From positions 434,001-498,000 of the forward strand of contig JBLDXI010000064.1 of the NCBI GenBank assembly GCA_047495785.1: a stretch of 64,000 bases of DNA, given 5' to 3'. This document shows, piece after piece, positions 56,325 through 64,000 of this stretch. The notes under the pieces were generated by a model, which saw nothing but the letters and a program-made list of their open reading frames with translations, made no database searches and was not told the DNA's origin. Position 1 is the stretch's first letter; the number at the start of each line of letters is the position of its first letter. The DNA is from Lepidodermella squamata (Eukaryota > Animalia > Gastrotricha). The position numbers were made by a program, and so were the translations under genes.

Positions 56325-59300
56325 TCACTGAATGATTTTTGAAGCGAGGCATGTGAATTTTTCTTTGGCCAACAGCTTGGTGAATTGGTCAGCGAGGTTC
56401 GCGTCGGTGGAGCACCACAGCACGCTGACGGAGCCGTCCAACACCTTGTCACGAGTGTAGTGGTAGCGCACCTCGATGTGCTTGGACGCCTTGATAGCTG
56501 GCGCGTCGAGGTGGGCGATGGCGGCTTGGTTGTCACAGTACAAGGTAGTAGGCTTGACTTGCACGTTGATCGACTTGAAGAACAGTTGGAGCCAGATGGC
56601 TTCGCGACAGCACTCCGACAGAGCCACGTACTCGGACTCGAAAGTGGACAAAGCCACACAGGACTGAAGCTTCGAGAGCCAACTGATCGGTGAAGCGTTG
56701 AAAAGAAAGACATAGCCACCAGTCGACTTCCGCGTGTCGGGGCAGCCACTTTTGTCGGCGTCGGTGTAGCCAACCAGCAGGGGTTTACCTACGTGGTGGC
56801 GTTGGTAGAGAAGACCATGCGTCGACGTATCGCGAAGGTAGACGAGGATTCGCCTTGCAGCCGTCAAGTGAGCGACCGTCGGGACAGACGAATAGCGGGC
56901 AAGAACTCCCACCGCGAATGCGATGTCGGGACGAGAGCGGATTGAAGCATAGAGCAGACTTCCGATGATTTGCTGGTAGAGCAGATTGTCATCCAGCCGC
57001 TTGGAGCCGTTATCAGCACAGATAACCGTATTCGAATCGATTGGCGTAGAAACGGGTGCGGCTTTTTCGACGCGAAAACGCTTGACCAACTTGTCGATGT
57101 AGCTCTTCTGGTGAACCTTGATTGATTTGCCAGAGATTTCGATGTGCAGACCGAGCAAGAACTTGGCTTCGCCACAATCCTTCATCTGAAACTTCGACGA
57201 CAGTTGGCGCTTGAGGGACGCGATTTCTTCGAGTGAGCGACCAGCTAGAAGCATGTCATCGACGTAGATGAGTACAATCAAACCATCCTTCGAAAAGACA
57301 CAAGGATCAGCTTCACTTTGTTTGAAACCAATTGATTTGAGAAAAGAGGTAAGGGTATCATACCAACAGCGGCCGTTTTGCTTGAGCCCATAAATCGACT
57401 TTTTGAGCAACAAAACCTTACCGGGCGGAACGGTCATACCAGGCGGGGGCTTCATGTACACGGTTTCGCGAAGAACACCATGTAGAAAGGCAGCCACGAC
57501 GTCCATTTGGTGCAGATAGTAACCATTTGCAGCGGCGTAGGCAATGACGGCACGAAGACTGGTAGCCGAGACAACGGGCGCGTAGGTGTCACCATACTCG
57601 CCGGGTCGTTGAGAGCAGCCTTTGGCGACGATACGAGCTTTTAGGCGATCGAGCTCACCATTGGCGCCAATCTTCCGCTTGAAGACCCAACCGGAATTGA
57701 TTGCTTTGACGTGTTCTGGCAAGGAGGCAATGATCCACGACTTGTTGCTGGAGTGTGCCGTGAACTCAATCTTGCAGGCTTCGGACCAGCCCGTAGCGTC
57801 TTCAGACTCCATGGCTTCACGATAGGTGGCTGGTTCGTCAGACGAATCGGAGAGAACGGCAGTAGCCAGAGCGTAGACCATTGCTAGATCGACCTTACCA
57901 AAACGGGTTCGGGACGAGGTCATTGCGTTGTTGATGACGTTCTTGATGTCCCTCGGAATTTTCTTCGCGACAGTTTGAACGGCTGGAGCGGGCGGGTCAG
58001 GGGCGACCGGATCGGCCAAACGGCTCCCACAATTTTCGGCAACTGGGGGTTTACCCACGTTGTTCGAGCAAGATTGATCAGGCGAAGTTGAAACGAGCGT
58101 AGTGTCGGCAGTAGGCAGGGGTTTACCTGCACTACTAGGAACGACGGTAGGAACGACGGTAGGAACGACGGTAGGAACGGGGACAAGCGGGGGTTTACCC
58201 ACTTTGTCCAGCAGCGTTTCGCAGACGTAGTCCTTGAGGTGTTCGGGGACTTTCACGGTTCGAACAGGTCGTTGAAGAATGGCCGGGGCGGGTGCGGCGG
58301 GAATCGGCACATCACCATTGACACCGGCAGGGCGAGGCTCGGGCGGAAAGCTGCACGAAGCTTCGTTGAAAGTGACGTCGTACCGGTAGAAGATCCTGTT
58401 GGACGACGGGTCGAGAAGTTTGTAGGCCTTTCGACAGTCGGAGATGCCGACGAAGCGGTAGAGTTTCGACTTCGGGTCGAGCTTGTGACGATCCTTCTCG
58501 GGAATGAGACCGAAAGCGCGACAGCCGAAAACACGTAGCATCGAGATGTCCGGTCGACGACCAAACCAGTGTCGAAGATGGCGGGGGGGACGGGGGGGAT
58601 TGTCCCTGCTTCGAGCCCTCGGGCTCGAAGCCTGACCACAGGGGGGACCCTTACGTTTTTTTCCCTGGCCCCTGGCCCAACTTAAGCGATATAAGGGGGG
58701 ACCCTTACCTATATCCCCCTTTCGGCAAAATGTCCATCTTCTACACTGGACCAAACCACAACTCGAATGGAGTTTTGCCAGGGCGAATAGAGCGACTAGG
58801 CATACGATTTCGACAGTAACAGACGTAAGCGAGTGCTTCGCCCCAAAGCCAGCCGGGAGCATCAGCATGGATCAGAATCGTACGGCAACCTTCGAAAAGC
58901 GTACGGAACATGCGTTCGGCCACACCATTTTGCTGGGGACTGTAGGCGGCCGTCATTTCATGGAGAATGCCACGTTCGCGTAACCAGTTTGCCATCTCGT
59001 CCGAAATGTACTCGCCACCGCCATCCGTTCTCAGCGTAGCCAGTCTTCGACGGTGCTGATTTTCTACCAATTCGACATAGCTTTTCAAAGTCTTAAAAGC
59101 CTCATCTTTGGTTTTCAAAAAGTAAACATGCGTCATGCGAGTGCTGTCGTCGACGAAAGTCATGGCGTATCTGGCACCATTGATGGTTGGCACCTCGATT
59201 GGGCCGGCCAAATCGGAGTGAACGAGGTCGAGCGGCTTGGCGGCACGTTCGTGTTTCACTTCAGGGTGAGGCAGACGGTGACCCTTGCCGAGCGCACAAG

Positions 59301-60435
59301 GCTCGCAAAAGGGGCGTGCAGAACCAGTGACGGTGCATCCTTGGGTGATCTTGGGCAACTTCGAGACAGCGTCGTAGTTGACATGTGCAGCGCGGAGATG
59401 CCATAGCTCGGCGGGTGCGGCGACGAAGGCCGAACCTTGAGGCACCGTGGCCATGTTCATCAGGTACATTGAGCCGTGCGACTTGCCAGTAGCGACTGTC
59501 GACTTTGTGCTTGGGTCGAAGAACTCGACATCGTCACCAAGGTAGATTGCCCCGAGACCGAGTGCCGTCATCCTGCGAATACTAAACAAATTAGCAACGA
59601 GGTCGGGTACGTGTAAAACATCGTAGATTGTTGCTTTTTCGGAGCGATCTTGGAATTTGAACAGGACATCGACGTCGCCCTTTTGCTTTGCCAACACGAT
59701 TTTGCCGTCAGCAAGCTTGATGCGGAAAGGACGGCTGAGCTGAACAACGTTGCGCATTGAACCAAGGTCGGGGGACATCATGTCACTGCATCCCGAGTCG
59801 GCAATCCAGACGTCGTTCTTCGTGGGCGAGCCAGCAACGAGAGCCAAGTTATCGCAGACGTAGTCGAAAGATTCGCCGGCGACGAAAGCGGCGCCTTCGG
59901 TCATACCAGCGAAATGTTCAGGTCGACGGCGGTTTCGCTCCGATTTCGGCTTTCGCGGTTGACGGCAGGCAGGAGCCAAGTGACCACGATTGTCGCAATT
60001 GTCACAGACTGCATCGGAGCCAAACTTTTCCAGCTTCTGGCAGACTTCGCGGGCGTGACCAGACTTGCCACAGAAACTGCACTGAGCAGTCTTGACAGGA
60101 TGGTTCTTCTTAGGCTTCGGTCGTTGGCGGCCAGCAGCATGCGCGACCATGGCCGATTCACTCGAGAGTTGAGGAGGACCAGTCGACGGCGAGACTTGAT
60201 TTAGCGATGTTTCGAGCAGGTTCGTAACCCCCTCCATTCGGAAGGCACTCATAACTTTGGGCAACGTGAGACCCTCCTGAGCCCTGAAATATTGGGAGAA
60301 GGACTTGTAGGGCGGTGCGAGTGCGATTAGGAACATGTATACGAATAACTCTTCATCCCGGACAAACCCTGCACTGTCCATGTTGGAAGTCGTTCGTGTT
60401 GCGACGTAAGAGACCTCGCTAGGCAGTACTTTCAT
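56325..60435 (-). mobile_element. Ty1/copia LTR retrotransposon gag-pol, 5'-truncated, interrupted by a hAT MITE
   Basis: Two CCHC knuckles, protease WIADSG, integrase HHCC + HSDLAGP / RTDGGGEY / QNGVAER, RT YVDD, RNase H (YTDAD, ESEY, YCDN, ADQFTK), in PR-IN-RT-RH order. Confidence 0.95.
58567..58748. mobile_element. hAT-type MITE (182 bp) inserted in copia pol
   Basis: TIRs CAGTGTCGAAGATGG / CAGTGTAGAAGATGG; perfect 8-bp TSD GACCAAAC (58559-58566, 58749-58756). Confidence 0.92.
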
Positions 60436-61798
60436 GCTGTTTGCAATAAAATACTTGGTACTGGTATAAGCTACTTTTTATTCGTCGGTAATAGCATCAT
60501 TATTGCGGCGCATCCGATGCCGAGCGGTTACAACGCCTACCAGAATGCGTACTATGCACAAACGCTTCAGACAATTTCTCCGTTATCATGGCTAAATTCT
60601 AAATATCAACCAAGTTTATCCTCTTCTTCCTTATTTCATGTTCGTTCCTTCATTCTCAAGTTCATTCTCAAGTGATACTTTTCTGTCTCTCTGTATAGTC
60701 TTGTTGAATCATGAGAGCATCACCACTTGTTGAAACATGACAGAGTTTGCGTTCGAAAGGGCACACTTTTTTATTGATTTTTCATTATTCCCGGAGCAAC
60801 GTTTCATGCAACCCATGCAGTAATCATCACGAAAAATGCATATTATGGAATTATGACTAGATGAGCCAATTTTTCTACTATTCAGCATTCAGCCCCTAAA
60901 TCCTGAAAATGCCAAGAAAGCACTTATTACGCTATTATTTATAATCTATCTTGTGGTTTCCTTCTCCATTATCTCGCAGATATCCTTCTATGTCCTTCTT
61001 AAGTTTTAACACGACAAGCGATCACATTTATATTTCTCTGTTTCGATCATAGAATCAATCCCCTTCAATGTTTTATCAACTCTTTATGAGCCGTTGCGCT
61101 GTTGCACCAAACTGAACTAGAAACTTGCGCCAAGCTCGCGAAATCGCTTGAAGTAGAAAGTAGATTCGCAGCCACATGAGGTCAATAGTAGAATCGCACA
61201 AAATTTACGAAGTTGCTAGCATTCGAGAATTGCTAGGAACGAAACTCTTTTTTATTGTCCTTATTCGGCATGTTCAGTTCGTAAATTTAAAATAAAAGCA
61301 AGACCAACAGAAAAATGCATGACAGACAAGGCGCCGGAACAACGGGGACACGCGCTTGTCTTAGACAGTGCACGGTCTTAGATGACTTGCATCCCTGCAT
61401 CCTAAGAAAGATAGCGGGTGGTCTTGGTATAATGTCATCTGGTTAGCGATTTAGCGATCGAGTTGATTAGCAATAAACAACGATTCCGCCGTATTCGAGT
61501 AATGCTTGACATGCAACTCGATTGGCTTGATTAGTAAAAGACAAAACATGACCCACCATTCAAGTTTGGGTTTCACGAGTTTTGCGCGGATGAAATGCTA
61601 CGTCAAGAGCAAAATGCCACGGACTAATATTTATCAATGAAAACAATCATGCGCAGGAGTATAATTTACAAAGCGCATCCACTCGGTCATTTGACTGGAA
61701 TCCTATCTATAAATTAGGGCTATCAGGAATTCTTACGGCACTTCAAACGGATCTATTGGCGAGAATGTGCTGATTGATTGAAAGTCTAATGTGCTCTA

Positions 61799-62750
61799 GG
61801 GTAAAGTCGCTCAATGCGGGGACAAGTTAAGGTTTATTTATATTCGTATCATTTCTGTGAATCGCATTTAGATGAGGATGGTGTCAATAGCGGCAGCATA
61901 TGGCGGCGCGCTCGCTCCTTTTGTGTGGGCTTCCGGTTCGACATTTGGGATAGCGTGCAGTTCATGATCACTGTGTCCGTTTTCGATGCAGTTTTTGCAG
62001 AAATAAAAAAAAATTTCGCTCTATTAATTCATCTTTTTAACAGAATATCTTTTGGCGGAACCAAATTTGCCTGTTGCGGAACCAAATTTGACTGTAGCGG
62101 AACCAAATCGGCATATTGCGGGACCTAATTTTAGGTAAGCAAAAGGCCGCTTTTTGAATATTTCTACGAAATTGAGGCAATACATGAATTCTAAAGTGAA
62201 GAATGCATCTTTTACAGAATTTTACGCTGAATTTAATGATGATTTATCTCAAATTATGCTGATAAATCATGACAAGATTGAAAGCTTCAAAAAGTGGCTT
62301 TAGGCCCATTGCAAATTCCAAAATTTGGTTCCGCTAACAGGCAATTTTGGTTCCGCTACAGTCAAATTTGGTTCCGCTAAAAGTAAGACCCTCTTTTTAA
62401 CCACGTCAAATTTATGGAGCGCGCGATTGTTTATTGAGGTATTCTGAAAAAGCATATTCGACAGTGTTTTCTGCCAACATTTCAAATTATTATCGATTAT
62501 AATGAGCAAACCGCAGCTTGTCCCAAATAAGCATCCACAATTACCGCTCTTGTCCGGAATGGCAAACCTGGCACGCATGTGGGACGGGCTGTTTTTATTG
62601 TTTCGGGCGCGCGCGCAAGGTGTCAAATTATAGCGGACTCATCTGTCTATAATGTCCACAAAAATTGTCTATGCAACGCTCTACTTGGATGATCTGAATT
62701 AATTTTACGAAAACGCATCGAATTTTGTCCCAAATTGTGCGACTTTACCC
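61799..62750. mobile_element. TA-flanked non-autonomous DNA transposon containing a foldback-like inner element
   Basis: TIRs GGGTAAAGTCGCTCAAT / GGGTAAAGTCGCACAAT; inside, three GCGGAACCAAAT units (62055-62108) are mirrored at 62323-62378. Confidence 0.75.
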
Positions 62751-62865
62751 TAGATATTCAAATTTAACACTTAATTAGTGTCCAATACATATTGACATTC
62801 TTTGTTTTGAAATGGAAGAAACAGCTAAACCAAAGCAGGATGAATCGCCATCACTGCTCCGTAGT

Positions 62866-63050
62866 CGTTAGCGTCGTTGAATAACTCGGATTCGGGCTTG
62901 TTCGCGTCAGTTACTGACAGTTGACGGGCGATAACAAGTTTGCTTCCCCTCTTCACTCACATAAAAACTACCCTTTTGCCTTCTTTTCTCACTATTCATC
63001 TTTTACTGACGTAAATAAGCCCAAATCTGAGTTATTCAACGACGCTAACG
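62866..63050. mobile_element. MITE-like element with ~46-bp inverted arms
   Basis: CGTTAGCGTCGTTGAATAACTC... pairs with ...GAGTTATTCAACGACGCTAACG. Confidence 0.7.
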
Positions 63051-64000
63051 CTCCCATTTCTGTGGCTTGTTATGTTAGTTATCGTTAATTAGTTAGCTAT
63101 AGATACCCAATGGAGTATCGCCGTCATCTATTCTTGAAAATGGTTACTTCATTTCAGTTTCAAGTAATACATTTTCAGAAAACTTAAAATACCGCTTGTT
63201 TCCTAATTGCGACACTTTAAAAACTATCCGCTAACTTCCAGAGTTTGGAGATTCTATAATTTTTCCTAGAACTTTCTATTTAGAACGGGTCTTTTCTAAA
63301 ATAGTCAGTAATGATTCATTAAATTCTGAATGCGATATCTCTCGAAGCTATTAAAGTATAGTAATAGTGCATCCTATTAGCTGCTGTATTAAATTTCAAA
63401 TTCTGCATTGTTGATAGGATTATTTTACTTCAACATTTACTCGAAGTCACCTCTTTAGTAATAACTGTTTGGACATCGGATACTGATTGGGAATCGGAAA
63501 TGTTAAATTGGCGAAATTCCGGCAACAGGTCGCTACTATACTATTTGCTGAGTGCTGGCTATTTCGATATATTCAACCTGTTATCGCCATTTTTGTTGAA
63601 CAAAATGTGATGAATTATTCTCTTGGTTTTACTTCCTTTGTTCATTTTCGATTATTTCGGTGCGTTGAAAATAAAGATGCACGGCAACGGGTCACGGCAG
63701 CTCGTTTTTGCTAACTGTGAAATCTTCAATATATCGAAGAATTACACAAAAGCGCGAGAGAACTTATTAAAATTCGCGAGAAAGAATTATAGAAAGGATA
63801 GACGAAGAAGCTGAATTCCTCTTTTCTCTTCAAGAGTCCAAGAACGCAAGATAGCAATTGCAGCTAATGGCAATTTTATAGCCCTTGAACCGAAGATAGT
63901 AATTTTGGATGCAACCGCTCCGCAATTGTAAACACCGCAATATAGCGGTATAATGATATATAGAAATATGCGCTAGCACTGGCGGTCCCTTACGTCGCAA

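Noticed and set aside
58567-58868. N-terminus of the 847-aa ORF as genuine protein or a gag-pol frameshift site
   Set aside because: It is an off-frame integrase read plus translated MITE sequence.

Overview
Eukaryotic, invertebrate-type animal DNA with short (~30-60 nt) spliceosomal introns and many small transposons. The window is dominated by a tandem cluster of five intronless giant Cys-loop receptor genes (A-E; four intact ORFs of ~1600-1650 aa, one frameshifted pseudogene). Each encodes signal peptide + five LamG/pentraxin-like (ConA-fold) modules + Thr/Ser-rich stalk + complete pentameric ligand-gated ion channel subunit (C-x13-C loop, M1-M4). The classical neurotransmitter-binding aromatics are missing, and the paralogues are mosaics of one another. 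Interleaved are other secreted-protein genes: two PAN/apple + 3x CTHRC1-C-like genes, three members of a 4-exon 10-cysteine small secreted family, a VMO1-like gene and two ankyrin-repeat genes. Mobile DNA includes a 5'-truncated Ty1/copia element split by a hAT MITE, several hAT MITEs with 8-bp TSDs, Tc1/pogo-type MITEs, RTE-LINE fragments, a tRNA-derived SINE and a Penelope-type minimal hammerhead ribozyme motif. All domain calls are by eye from motifs; no searches were run and the organism is not identified.
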